Assembly: GCA_963793425.1 (NCBI GenBank)
Contig: CAWCAG010000005.1
Span: forward strand, 1,600,001 to 1,664,000
Source: an uncultured cyanobacterium
Lineage (GTDB): Bacteria > Cyanobacteriota > Cyanobacteriia > Cyanobacteriales > CAWCAG01
Length of the DNA stretch: 64,000 nucleotides
Direction of reading: 5' to 3'
The notes beneath the pieces were generated by a model. That model worked only from the letters and a program-made list of their open reading frames with translations. It did no database searches and was not told the origin of the DNA. The translations under genes and the position numbers were made by a program. Positions 9,768-19,525 of the stretch are shown one piece after another; the first letter of the stretch is position 1; each line of letters starts with the position of its first letter.

Positions 9768-10193
9768 ATGACAACTTTACTGGTTGATGAGTTATTAAAA
9801 ATTGGTCAAGTTGCTGTAGAAAGTGGTTTACCCGTAAAAACAATTCGTTATTATGAAGAATTAGGTTTGCTTAAACCATTGGTACAACGCTCTTCCTCAA
9901 GATATCGCCTCTTCCAACCACAAATAGTTGAACGGTTAGCTTTTATTAAAAGGGCGCAATCTTTAGGATTAAGTCTCCAAGAGATTCAAGAAATTCTGAC
10001 GATACGTGATAGTGGGGAGTTACCTTGTGATGTTGCTAAACAGATTTTAAGCAGTAAATTAGCGGCGATCTCTCAACAAATTGAAGCTTTGGAAATGCTC
10101 AAGCTAGAATTACAAAGTCTACTTTCTGTTTGGCAAGATCCCCCTATGGAGAAACAAGCGGAGAATACTATTTGTCCTAATATTCAAACGTAA
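9768..10193 (+). CDS. MerR-family heavy-metal-responsive regulator
   Basis: KTIRYYEELGLL, RLAFIKRAQSLGLSL, conserved Cys (PC, ICP). Confidence 0.92.
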   Translation: MTTLLVDELLKIGQVAVESGLPVKTIRYYEELGLLKPLVQRSSSRYRLFQPQIVERLAFIKRAQSLGLSLQEIQEILTIRDSGELPCDVAKQILSSKLAAISQQIEALEMLKLELQSLLSVWQDPPMEKQAENTICPNIQT

Positions 10194-10228
10194 TTGCTAA
10201 TTGCTAGTTGCTAGTTGCTAGTTGCTGA
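10194..10228. repeat. STRR-type heptamer tandem repeat (TTGCTAR)x5
   Basis: ttgctaa ttgctag ttgctag ttgctag ttgctga. Confidence 0.85.
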
Positions 10229-10258
10229 CTGTTGTTATTAGCAAATATTTAATGTTTA

Positions 10259-11356
10259 ATGATCAATGATGTTATGAATGTTTACACAAGAATAGTTTGG
10301 TTATTCATAGCAATGACTTTGCCTGTGGTTAATGTTGCTAACTCAGTTGAAGCCCAAGAATTGCCTTCTCCTCAACAGGAATTTGAATATGAACAGGTTT
10401 TTCCTACTGAACCTTGGTCAGAAGTAAGGTTGTTACGAACCCTTGAAGGTCATAATACCGCAGTAGATGCTTTAACTTTTGCACCAGACGACAAAGTTCT
10501 ACTTAGTGGTGGTAGTTATAATGATGCCCATTTGAGGTTGTGGTGGGTTAGAACTGGGACACAAATTGAAAGTATTAGGGCGCAACGTACTGCCGTAACC
10601 GCCTTGGCTTTTAGTCCTGATGGTCAAACCTTGGCTACTATAGGAGATGATTCTGGGGTTAACTTATGGGATTGGCCGAGTAAAGAATACACTAGACATT
10701 TTTTGAATCATACTCAAAACCTGCTTTCTATGGCTATTACTCCAGATAGTCAAGTATTGGTTACTGGAGGTTTACCAGGTATTAGGCTTTGGAATTTACG
10801 AACTCAACGCCCTATTTATACTTTGGTGCGTTTCGATCATTTTGCCTATGCTTTGCAAGTTAATCCTGCTGATGGCTATACCCTCGCTTCTGGGAATGAA
10901 AAAGGGGATATTACTTTTTGGAATCTCCGCACGGGAGGACGTAATTCTATTAACCAGGCACATCGGAATCGCATTAGTGATTTGACCTTTACCCAAGATG
11001 GTCAAACTTTGATTACTGCAAGCGATGACCGTACAATTAAGGTTTGGGACGTTGATAATTCTAGCAAAAGGTTAAGACTAAGATTCACCTTAACTGGCCA
11101 TACCTCAAAAGTTAGAGATATTGTACTTCATCCAGAAGGGAAAGTTTTGGCTAGTGGCTCTCAGGATGGTGTGAGAATTTGGAATATTGAAACTGGTCAA
11201 TTATTAAAACATTTTTATGCCCATGAAGACTGGGTACAATCTCTCGCTTTTAACCGCGACGGCACTATTTTAGCTACAGGGGGCTTTGATAACCTGATTA
11301 AGCTATGGGAAAACGCTGTACCTTCAGAAGAACCTACGGTTGTGGTTGAGCGTTAA
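10259..11356 (+). CDS. WD40-repeat protein with signal peptide
   Basis: About 7 GH...WD/WN repeats after a hydrophobic leader. Confidence 0.92.
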   Translation: MINDVMNVYTRIVWLFIAMTLPVVNVANSVEAQELPSPQQEFEYEQVFPTEPWSEVRLLRTLEGHNTAVDALTFAPDDKVLLSGGSYNDAHLRLWWVRTGTQIESIRAQRTAVTALAFSPDGQTLATIGDDSGVNLWDWPSKEYTRHFLNHTQNLLSMAITPDSQVLVTGGLPGIRLWNLRTQRPIYTLVRFDHFAYALQVNPADGYTLASGNEKGDITFWNLRTGGRNSINQAHRNRISDLTFTQDGQTLITASDDRTIKVWDVDNSSKRLRLRFTLTGHTSKVRDIVLHPEGKVLASGSQDGVRIWNIETGQLLKHFYAHEDWVQSLAFNRDGTILATGGFDNLIKLWENAVPSEEPTVVVER

Positions 11357-11380
11357 AAGAAAACACTACTATACAGATAA

Positions 11381-12229
11381 TCAAATCAGAAAAGCTTCAG
11401 TAACACTAACGTTTCCTAAAGCAACTTTAACACTAAATTTTTCTCCTGGTTCACCACTAAACTCTAGTTGAATATTTTTAGTACTTCTGGCTTGGGCTTG
11501 CATCACTGCTTCCCCCCGTTCATCTAGTACCATTAGTTGCAAGTCTTTGGGTAAATAGGTTTGTTTCCCTGCTGGATAGACTTGTACAGAAACATCCATT
11601 TCCGACTCTTGAGTTGGTGTCAAACCTATAATTAAAGCAACTTCTTCCCCTTGTTTTTCTAATCCTAAAATTTTCGCTCCTTCAACCATATTAGTAGGCT
11701 GCTGTCTAAACTTATGTTTGCCACGAAAGCTGAATAATAAATCGTTGCTTGGTCGTTGTAAAATGTCTTCTACTGCTTGCCAACCATGGTTAAATTGCTT
11801 TTCTAACCATTGACTAAGTTGAATTATTGGTTGCTCAATTGCTTCAGTTTCTTGAACTTCTTCAACACTAAGTATTTCTAATAATTCATCTAAGTATTCC
11901 CTCAATTTCGGAGCAAATTTCTGCAAACTGTGCTGATAAAAACCACTCAAAGTAGGTATGGAAATTCCTAAATCTCTTTCTATTTCTGACCAAGAATAGC
12001 CATTAAATCTTTGCAAAGCTATACAGCGAAAGATGGCAATCGCCTTTACTTCTTCACGCAAATCCGGAGAAAGATGATGGTAAGGAGGACGAAGACGGAT
12101 AAGTTGACCTGATTTTTGTAGTTGCATTAATAGTTGAGACACAACCTTACGCCGCTGTACATTTCCTGGAGGATATTTTTGAGCTTCTAAAGCTAAATGA
12201 TTTAAGGGATCTTCTAGTTCATTCATCAT
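11381..12229 (-). CDS. Chimeric ORF: shortened sigma-70-like HTH protein fused to a DUF1822-like C-terminal half (possible pseudogene)
   Basis: LALEAQKYPPG start joined directly to an HTH (SWSEIERDLGISIPTLSGFYQ), then QLSQWL...GWQAVE...IQLEFSGEPGEKFSVKVALG. Confidence 0.65.
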   Translation of the reverse strand: MMNELEDPLNHLALEAQKYPPGNVQRRKVVSQLLMQLQKSGQLIRLRPPYHHLSPDLREEVKAIAIFRCIALQRFNGYSWSEIERDLGISIPTLSGFYQHSLQKFAPKLREYLDELLEILSVEEVQETEAIEQPIIQLSQWLEKQFNHGWQAVEDILQRPSNDLLFSFRGKHKFRQQPTNMVEGAKILGLEKQGEEVALIIGLTPTQESEMDVSVQVYPAGKQTYLPKDLQLMVLDERGEAVMQAQARSTKNIQLEFSGEPGEKFSVKVALGNVSVTEAFLI

Positions 12230-12576
12230 CCTGACAATACACCGAGAACTTTTATTCTCTTTGAGATAGGTTGTTTGCCTAGCCTCTATTTACTTCTCTG
12301 CTTAAAAATGAGGATTTTATGCGAGGGAGATGTTTTAGTTACAAAAGTTCATATTAGTTTGTCTATTTATCAGCATCATGAGTCCGATCTTATAATCCTG
12401 TTGAAACAGGGTAAGAAGAGGCAACTAAGCACTTTTTCTGTAACAAAGTTGTAGTTGGTTTGTATAAGTAAGTTTGCCTAGAGTAAAAATCAAGTTTTGT
12501 AAAAGATTGGTGGTATGTTGCATAAAATTCCTCTTTTATTCCTGAAAAGTTAATAGAAGCAAGAGGAATTTTTCTT

Positions 12577-13125
12577 TTGCTTGCTTTGGAAGAATCTGTA
12601 GAAGGGAATTATCGTGGGGCGATCGCTAACTATACTGAATCTTTGGGTGAACAGCCTAATCAGCCAGAAATATACAATAATCGAGGCTATGTTTATGCTA
12701 AATCAGGAAAATATCCTGAAGCGATCGCCGATTATAACCAAGCTTTAGCACTTAATCCTGGCTTTCCGGAAGCTTACTACAATCGAGGTAATGCTCACTT
12801 GCAAAGGGCAAATCTCCAAGGAGCATTAGCTGATTTCAATCATGCTTTGTACTACAATCCCAATTATTTATCTGCTTATAACTCTAGGGGAACTTTGCAA
12901 CAGCAACTAGGCAACTATCAAGATGCAGTTGCTGACTATACTCAGGCTTTACACCTTCAACCCAATGCACCCCAAACTTATTACTGTCGAGGTTTGGCTT
13001 ATTTAGGAATGGGAGATATCCCTAAAGCAAAGCAGGATCTTAATCAAGCAGCTTACATCTTCGGGGAGAGAGGAGGTGGGGCGAGTCAAAGAAAAGCCTT
13101 AAAAGTTTTAGCTAGGTTACCTTGA
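12577..13125 (+). CDS. TPR-repeat protein (start uncertain, possible 5' frameshift)
   Basis: Repeated YNNRG/AIADY/ALxLNP units; only a TTG start, nearest upstream ATG (12515) is out of frame. Confidence 0.8.
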   Translation: MLALEESVEGNYRGAIANYTESLGEQPNQPEIYNNRGYVYAKSGKYPEAIADYNQALALNPGFPEAYYNRGNAHLQRANLQGALADFNHALYYNPNYLSAYNSRGTLQQQLGNYQDAVADYTQALHLQPNAPQTYYCRGLAYLGMGDIPKAKQDLNQAAYIFGERGGGASQRKALKVLARLP

Positions 13126-13339
13126 TTAAAAATAATTACTGAGACGATTAGCTCCTCAATTCAGAATTTTGGATGATGGTTATTAGTAATTTCTCTGCTA
13201 TCTTTAATAAAACTTTATTAAGATAATTCTGTTTCTCCCTGGAAATTCTCGATTAGAGAAGAAAACTCTAATTAGAAAGATACCAGCTTTTCTTTTCCTT
13301 AAAACAAAACATTTGCTTCTAAGAGTTTAACAATTTTCT

Positions 13340-14251
13340 ATGTTTTCTATCTACATTTTGACCCACAATGAAGAGCTAGATATTGCTGCTTGTATTGAAT
13401 CAGCACTTTTATCAGACGATGTAATTGTGGTCGATTCCTATAGCAGCGATCGCACCTTGGATATTGCCAGCAGTTATCCAGTACGAGTGTTTCAACGCTT
13501 CTTCGATTCCCACGGCAAGCAGCGTAGTTGGATGTTAAACCATATTCCCACTAAATATGAATGGGCTTACATCCTAGAAGCTGATGAACGTATGACTCCG
13601 GAGTTATTTCAAGAGTGCTTAAGCGCAATCAAAAACCCAGACCGCATAGGTTATTATGTAGCAGAACGGGTTATCTTCATGAACCATTGGATACGCAACA
13701 GTACCCAGTATCCCCGCTACCAGCTACGTTTGTTGCAAAAAGGGAAAGTTTGGTTTGAAGATTATGGTCATGCAGAAAGGGAAGTTTGCCAAGGTGCTAC
13801 AGGCTTTTTAAAAGAGAATTATCCCCACTATACCTGTAGCAAAGGCTTTAGCCGTTGGTTAGATAAACACAACCGCTATTCTACTGATGAAGCTAAGGAA
13901 ACCCTTAATCAACTTCGCTACGGTAAAGTTAACTGGCAAGAATTATTCTTTGGGAATACGGAAGTAAAAAGAAGGCGGGCTTTAAAAAATCTTTCTTTAC
14001 GCTTACCCCTTCGCCCTCTCATTCGTTTCTTTTATATGTACTTCGTTTTGGGGGGTTGCTGGGATGGTAAAGCCGGTTTTACTTGGTGTATTTTACAAAC
14101 CTTTTATGAATCTTTAATCTTGCTTAAAGTTTGGGAATTACAAAGGCAAGAAGCAAGCCAAGCTCACCTTTTTGACCAAGAAGTTACTGTTGAAGAAGAG
14201 AAAATGTCTAAAGGTTATACTATGCCTTTGGCTGATTACGAATCTGTGTAG
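13340..14251 (+). CDS. Glycosyltransferase family 2
   Basis: ILTHNEE, VVDSYSSDRT and EADE motifs. Confidence 0.9.
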   Translation: MFSIYILTHNEELDIAACIESALLSDDVIVVDSYSSDRTLDIASSYPVRVFQRFFDSHGKQRSWMLNHIPTKYEWAYILEADERMTPELFQECLSAIKNPDRIGYYVAERVIFMNHWIRNSTQYPRYQLRLLQKGKVWFEDYGHAEREVCQGATGFLKENYPHYTCSKGFSRWLDKHNRYSTDEAKETLNQLRYGKVNWQELFFGNTEVKRRRALKNLSLRLPLRPLIRFFYMYFVLGGCWDGKAGFTWCILQTFYESLILLKVWELQRQEASQAHLFDQEVTVEEEKMSKGYTMPLADYESV

Positions 14252-14712
14252 TTGCTCTGAGAAAGATTAAAAATATCTGGGAAAACGGTTCGTCAAGGCA
14301 CACCTTTTCCACCATGCAAAGAATATCATCTCAAGGGAGCAAAAAGCAAGGGTGGCTTATTCATAAACAAAGCTTTTCTTTCTTCTAGCAAATCTTTTAA
14401 TCATTTAAACTCAAGCAACTTTTCTGAGCTTTTGTGAAGTGATGTTAAGGATGGTTTGACAACGTGTTTTCAAGGCTTTGCTTTTGTAGTAGGATTAAAG
14501 AGAAATTTTAAAAAATGATATGATTGCTTTTTCTGTGTAAATAAAAATCAAAATTCAACAAAACCACAGCATAATCAGGTTTTGCCTGAAGTTGAACCTT
14601 TTCAACAAAGCGATCCCACAAAACTACAATCGAGTTACAAAAACTTATTTTTTCTGCCGCCTTGACTGGCTATTGACAAAATAAACATTTAATGAACAAT
14701 GATAAATGATAA

Positions 14713-15069
14713 ATGAAAAAAGCTTGGCGTTGTGTAGAAAATTGTGGGGCTTGCTGTTATCTTAACCCTCAAGAAAGACCTGATTTAGAAGATTACTTAT
14801 CCTCAGAAGAACTACAACTATACTTAAGTATGGTGGGAGAAAGAGGCTGGTGTATTAACTTCGATCACAGCACAAAGAAATGTCAAATTTATGAGCAACG
14901 CCCTCGTTTCTGCCGTGTCCAGCCAGAGAACTTTCAGCAAATGTTCGGTATTGAGTTAAATGAGTTTAACGAATTCGCCATCGACTGCTGCCATGAGCAT
15001 ATAGAAGATATTTATGGTGAGGATAGTGAAGAGATGCTTCGCTTTGATACTAATCTATCTAGGGGATGA
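14713..15069 (+). CDS. YkgJ-family cysteine-cluster protein
   Basis: CxxxCGACC and C.IY..RP.FCR. Confidence 0.9.
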   Translation: MKKAWRCVENCGACCYLNPQERPDLEDYLSSEELQLYLSMVGERGWCINFDHSTKKCQIYEQRPRFCRVQPENFQQMFGIELNEFNEFAIDCCHEHIEDIYGEDSEEMLRFDTNLSRG

Positions 15070-15088
15070 CTGATTAAAATATCGAACT

Positions 15089-15376
15089 TTATTCTGCTTC
15101 TTCTACTAAAAGTGCATCCGCCTCTTGTTGAGAAAGACTTAACCGAGTAGTACCAACCTTAATCTCAATAGGAGCATCGGGACAACCAAGGTGAAGTAGG
15201 GTTAATTCTGTATTAGGAGTTAAACCAATAGAAGTCAGTTTCCCTTGATAACCTCCGTAGGCTTTGTCATAACCAACTATCGTAACCACAGAACCTATTT
15301 CCATATCTCGGAGGTGTGTTGATATTTGTTCCATAATCAACTTTCGGGATATTAAAGGGGTTTTCACTGCCATCAT
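15089..15376 (-). CDS. feoA: FeoA-family protein
   Basis: KLTSIGLTPNTELTL...PIEIKV...LSLSQQEA, the FeoA SH3-like pattern. Confidence 0.8.
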   Translation of the reverse strand: MMAVKTPLISRKLIMEQISTHLRDMEIGSVVTIVGYDKAYGGYQGKLTSIGLTPNTELTLLHLGCPDAPIEIKVGTTRLSLSQQEADALLVEEAE

Positions 15377-15388
15377 CTGCAAAACTCA

Positions 15389-15462
15389 ATTAAGAATATT
15401 TAGCAATAAGCTTCTTGTTAGTGTAAGCCATATTGCTGCTTTTGTTGAATATTATTATCAAT
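15389..15462. promoter_or_regulatory. Two putative Fur boxes upstream of feoA
   Basis: 19-bp AT-rich imperfect palindromes attaagaatatttagcaat (15389-15407) and gttgaatattattatcaat (15444-15462). Confidence 0.6.
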
Positions 15463-15491
15463 AATTTTTCAAACAAAATCCTTGATTTGTG

Positions 15492-15520
15492 TAGGAATCC
15501 CCTTTAAAAGGGGGTTCCTA
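15492..15520 (-). terminator. Hairpin downstream of thrS
   Basis: taggaatcccctttaaaagggggttccta inverted repeat. Confidence 0.65.
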
Positions 15521-15525
15521 GAAAG

Positions 15526-17376
15526 TTAGATTTGCTCCTTTTTTGTGATCGCCTCTACCATACGTTCTTGTAACTCTTCTAAAGTCAAAGAGCCAATATC
15601 TCCAGCTTGTCTGGTACGGATGCTGAGGTTGTTATTTTCCACCTCGCGATCGCCCACTACCGCAACCAGGGGAACTTTTTCTAATTCACCATTACGAATC
15701 TGTTTACCTAAACGTTCTCCACTAGAATCTATTTCAACCCGATAGCCAGCTTCAGCTAATTTCGCGGCAACAGATTTAGCATAATCTCTGTGTAAATCGC
15801 TTACAGGTAACAAACGCAACTGAACTGGAGCTAACCATAAAGGAAAATCTCCAGTATAGTTTTCAATCAAAATACCGAAAAAGCGTTCTAAAGAACCAAA
15901 AATAGCCCGGTGGATCATAATTGGTTGCTTCCGTGTACCATCAGCAGCCACATATTCCATTTGAAAGCGTTCTGGCAAAGTAAAGTCTACTTGAATGGTG
16001 GAACATTGCCACATCCTACCAATAGCATCTTCTATTTTGATATCAATTTTTGGTCCATAAAATGCCCCGCCGCCTTCATCAATCAAATATTCCCAACCTT
16101 TAGTATTGAGGGCATCTTTTAAAGCAGCAGTAGCAAGATCCCAAACTTCATCCTCACCCACATATTTCTCCGGGCGGGTAGAAAGGTTAACTTCGTACTT
16201 ATCAAAGCCAAAATCAGAAAGAATCTTCTCCGTTAAATTCAGTACCCCCAGAATTTCTGCGGAAATTTGTTCTGGCAAACAGAATATATGAGCATCATCT
16301 TGAGTAAAGCCCCGCACTCGCATCAAACCATGGAGAGTGCCAGAACGTTCATAACGGTATACAGTACCTAACTCTGCCCAGCGTAGAGGCAATTCCCGAT
16401 AGGAATGTAACTCATTTTTATAGGTAAGGATGTGGAAAGGACAATTCATGGGCTTAATTTGATAAGCCTGTTCTTCAACTTCCATCGAGTCAAACATACT
16501 TTCTCGATAAAAATCTACGTGTCCTGAAGTTTTCCAAAGATTCAAGTTAGCGATATGGGGAGTATAAAGTAATTCATAACCCCCTTGAACATGGGCATTA
16601 CGCCAATAATCTTCTATCAACCGTCGTATGGTTGCACCGCGAGGATGCCAAAAAACTAAACCACCACCAGCATCTTCTTGAATACTAAACAGTTTGAGCT
16701 GTTGCCCTAACTTACGATGATCTCGGCGTAAAGCTTCTTCTTTCTGTTTTAAATATGCCTGTAGCTGTTCAGGAGTTTCCCAAGCTGTACCGTAGATACG
16801 TTGTAATTGCGCCTTTTTCTCATCACCCCGCCAATAGGCCCCAGCTACACTTTCTAAAGCAAAAGCATCAGGATGAACCTCCCCTGTGAAGGTTAAATGA
16901 GGCCCAGCACAGAGATCCCACCAATAACCTTCTGGAGGCAACTTCAGCTTTTTGTAATATTTTTTAGTTTTCTCATCAGCATCAGGATCACCAATGAAAT
17001 AACGAGTGATAATATCCCCTATGGGAATACCTTCAAGAATTTCTTGCTTATAGGGTTCCGCTAACTTATCAATCTCTGCTTTCATCTCTTCGCGACTAAC
17101 TTCTTGCCGAATCACTGGCAAATTCGCTTTAATCAACTTACGCATCCGAGCAGAAATACGCTGCAAATCCTGGGGAGTAAAAGCTTCTTGACGGTCAAAA
17201 TCGTAGTAGAAACCTGTAGCTGTAGTAGGGCCTATAGTAACTTTAGTATCTGGGAAGAGGTTTTGTACAGCCATAGCTAGGACATGAGCGCAGGTGTGAC
17301 GAATGCGTTCAAGTTTTTGAGCATCTGCTATTTGAAGGCTATTCTCTGATTGAGGTTTTGTTAGTTGACTAACCAT
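15526..17376 (-). CDS. thrS: Threonine--tRNA ligase
   Basis: RHTCAHVLA, DLCAGPH, RDHRKLG, KPMNCP, GAFYGPKID, HRAIFGSLERF. Confidence 0.98.
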   Translation of the reverse strand: MVSQLTKPQSENSLQIADAQKLERIRHTCAHVLAMAVQNLFPDTKVTIGPTTATGFYYDFDRQEAFTPQDLQRISARMRKLIKANLPVIRQEVSREEMKAEIDKLAEPYKQEILEGIPIGDIITRYFIGDPDADEKTKKYYKKLKLPPEGYWWDLCAGPHLTFTGEVHPDAFALESVAGAYWRGDEKKAQLQRIYGTAWETPEQLQAYLKQKEEALRRDHRKLGQQLKLFSIQEDAGGGLVFWHPRGATIRRLIEDYWRNAHVQGGYELLYTPHIANLNLWKTSGHVDFYRESMFDSMEVEEQAYQIKPMNCPFHILTYKNELHSYRELPLRWAELGTVYRYERSGTLHGLMRVRGFTQDDAHIFCLPEQISAEILGVLNLTEKILSDFGFDKYEVNLSTRPEKYVGEDEVWDLATAALKDALNTKGWEYLIDEGGGAFYGPKIDIKIEDAIGRMWQCSTIQVDFTLPERFQMEYVAADGTRKQPIMIHRAIFGSLERFFGILIENYTGDFPLWLAPVQLRLLPVSDLHRDYAKSVAAKLAEAGYRVEIDSSGERLGKQIRNGELEKVPLVAVVGDREVENNNLSIRTRQAGDIGSLTLEELQERMVEAITKKEQI

Positions 17377-17465
17377 AAATTAGGAGGCTTACTACAGTTA
17401 CTACCCATGATAATTTAATTCTTCACCTCCGACTATTTCTTTCTAAGTAAGACAGATTTAACTAA

Positions 17466-18215
17466 TTAAGGCATCCACTCTAAAACAACACCAACACGAC
17501 TATCTTGTCCTTGAAGAGAATTTTGTCTTTCTATATCTGTAGATAAACGCAGATGAGGACTAACAGCATAACCGACAGAAAGAGTTGTTATGCCTACTTC
17601 TTCACTACTACCCGGAGAGACAAAACTTTGGGTTACGGCGATGTCTGCTGCTCCTGTACGGGATAAACTTAACTGTAATTTAGCTCCTAAATTGACACCA
17701 TCGGTAGCATAATCACCTGTGGTTAGATTACGATAGCCAACTACAGGGGCAACGTTAACATAGTTTCCTAAAGGGAATATGTAGTAATGCAAATCTGCCC
17801 CCCAAGAACTTCTTCCCCCGGCAAAACTACCGTGATAATCAGCGCTTACCGTTAAGCCCGTATCGCCAATAAAAACATCTTCTACTCCAACAATTATGCC
17901 CCCTTCAGAGTTAGTAGAGGGAAACTGAGAGTATCCTAGCCGCAGGCGGGTACGAAAACTAGGATCATGATGAATATCTTCAAGCACATTAGGTACATCT
18001 TCTAACCAACGTTGCAATACGGCGCTGCTTTCAATTACTTCTGGAGGTAAATCGAGGTCTTCTTCTAGGGCAATTTCTTGGGCATTAGCAGGGGAGGTTG
18101 CAGCTAATATAACTAAACTTATGGGAACAAGCAGCCATTTAAGTTGATTTCTTTGCTGAGAGAAGATGGGAATAGTTAACATTGGTTGTTTTACGATTAA
18201 GAAGCGATCGCTCAT
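17466..18215 (-). CDS. Exported protein, possible outer-membrane beta-barrel
   Basis: Signal peptide and amphipathic beta-strand pattern; ATG 18215 preferred over 18341, which overlaps the divergent gene. Confidence 0.7.
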   Translation of the reverse strand: MSDRFLIVKQPMLTIPIFSQQRNQLKWLLVPISLVILAATSPANAQEIALEEDLDLPPEVIESSAVLQRWLEDVPNVLEDIHHDPSFRTRLRLGYSQFPSTNSEGGIIVGVEDVFIGDTGLTVSADYHGSFAGGRSSWGADLHYYIFPLGNYVNVAPVVGYRNLTTGDYATDGVNLGAKLQLSLSRTGAADIAVTQSFVSPGSSEEVGITTLSVGYAVSPHLRLSTDIERQNSLQGQDSRVGVVLEWMP

Positions 18216-18340
18216 TGTAACTGGAGTCTTGACTGCACAAAAGACAAAAAGTCTCTTCCTCTTCAGGGATGTTGAGCAACAATGGTGCAAAAGCGTTAAA
18301 TTGACAATGTTAACTTTTACAAACTGTTGGGAGAAATTCA

Positions 18341-19138
18341 ATGCTGGAACTGTACCAATTTGAGATGTCCCAATACTCAGAGAAAGTCAGGCTAATTCTA
18401 GACTATAAAGGACTCGACTACCGAAAAATCGAGGTAGCCCCCGGAGTAGGACAAATAGAACTTTACCAGAAGTCAGGACAGCGACAAGTTCCTGTTTTAA
18501 AAGATGGGGATATTTATGTGGCTGACTCCACAGAAATTGCCCTTTATTTAGACCGCAAATACCCCGATCCTCCCTTACTACCTATTGACCCTAAAGAAAG
18601 AGGACTATGCTTATTAATCGAAGAATGGGCTGATGTCTCCATTGGCGCTAAGGGACGTAAAGCTTTTGTCGGTGCATTAAATAAAAATGCCAATTTCCGG
18701 ACTTCAATCTTACCCAGAGATACCCCCGATTTTCTCAAAACATTGGTAGGATCTTTACCAGGAGAAGTTCTTGATGCTTTAGGCTCTGGAGTGGGTTTTG
18801 GTGGCAGTGCAGTTAAAGATGCTCAAAATGCTTTGAAACAAGATTTAGGCGCTTTGTGTTTGTTACTAGAAAACTCTCCTTATTTAGTCACAGATCGCCC
18901 TACCTTAGCAGATTTTGCTGTAGCGGGATTGAGTATCATCCTTAAGTTCCCGGTCGGAAATTATCTTGATATTCCTAGCGAATTACAAGGAAAAGGCATC
19001 CCTGGATTAGCTGATAATACAATGTACGAACCCTTTTTCACTTGGCGCGATCGCTTGTACTCAGAATATCGCCGCCTGATTATTCCTACGGTAAATACCT
19101 CTGCTGGTTCTGCACCAACTTCTATTGATATTGATTAA
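18341..19138 (+). CDS. Glutathione S-transferase family protein
   Basis: SQYSEKVRLILDYKGL, QVPVL, DSTEIA, PTLADFAVA. Confidence 0.92.
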   Translation: MLELYQFEMSQYSEKVRLILDYKGLDYRKIEVAPGVGQIELYQKSGQRQVPVLKDGDIYVADSTEIALYLDRKYPDPPLLPIDPKERGLCLLIEEWADVSIGAKGRKAFVGALNKNANFRTSILPRDTPDFLKTLVGSLPGEVLDALGSGVGFGGSAVKDAQNALKQDLGALCLLLENSPYLVTDRPTLADFAVAGLSIILKFPVGNYLDIPSELQGKGIPGLADNTMYEPFFTWRDRLYSEYRRLIIPTVNTSAGSAPTSIDID

Positions 19139-19525
19139 AGCAAGTTAATTTATTTTCAGGAAAAAAGCATTCAGAGATTGATTCCATATCTGGATGTTTT
19201 TTTTGAGCAAAAATAACTCTCAAATTAATTTGTTTGGGTACTTATGAGTAATCGGAAGTAGACAACAATCTAAGAAAGAGTGTTTTGAGTTGTTAACAAA
19301 CTATTTCAACTCAAAAGTGAGTGATATTATTTAAGTATTAATACAAGGTGCATAATTATGGTTTTACTGAAGAATATCCACCTCAACCAAGTTAAGTAAA
19401 GTAAAAATACTATGAGTAAACACCTTCATTCCCTTAAAGTTCTCAGCGTAATAATTCTACTCCTTGGTTAGAATTATTAACCTCCGTCGGCTTAGATGAT
19501 TTTGTTGATCAGCCAATTGTAGAAA

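Noticed and set aside
14270..14700. Long intergenic region as a possible riboswitch or sRNA
   Set aside because: No recognisable aptamer, strong hairpin or terminator found by eye
18216..18341. Extended N-terminus of the 17466-18341 ORF
   Set aside because: Runs through the divergent promoter into the GST start codon; ATG 18215 gives a more plausible leader
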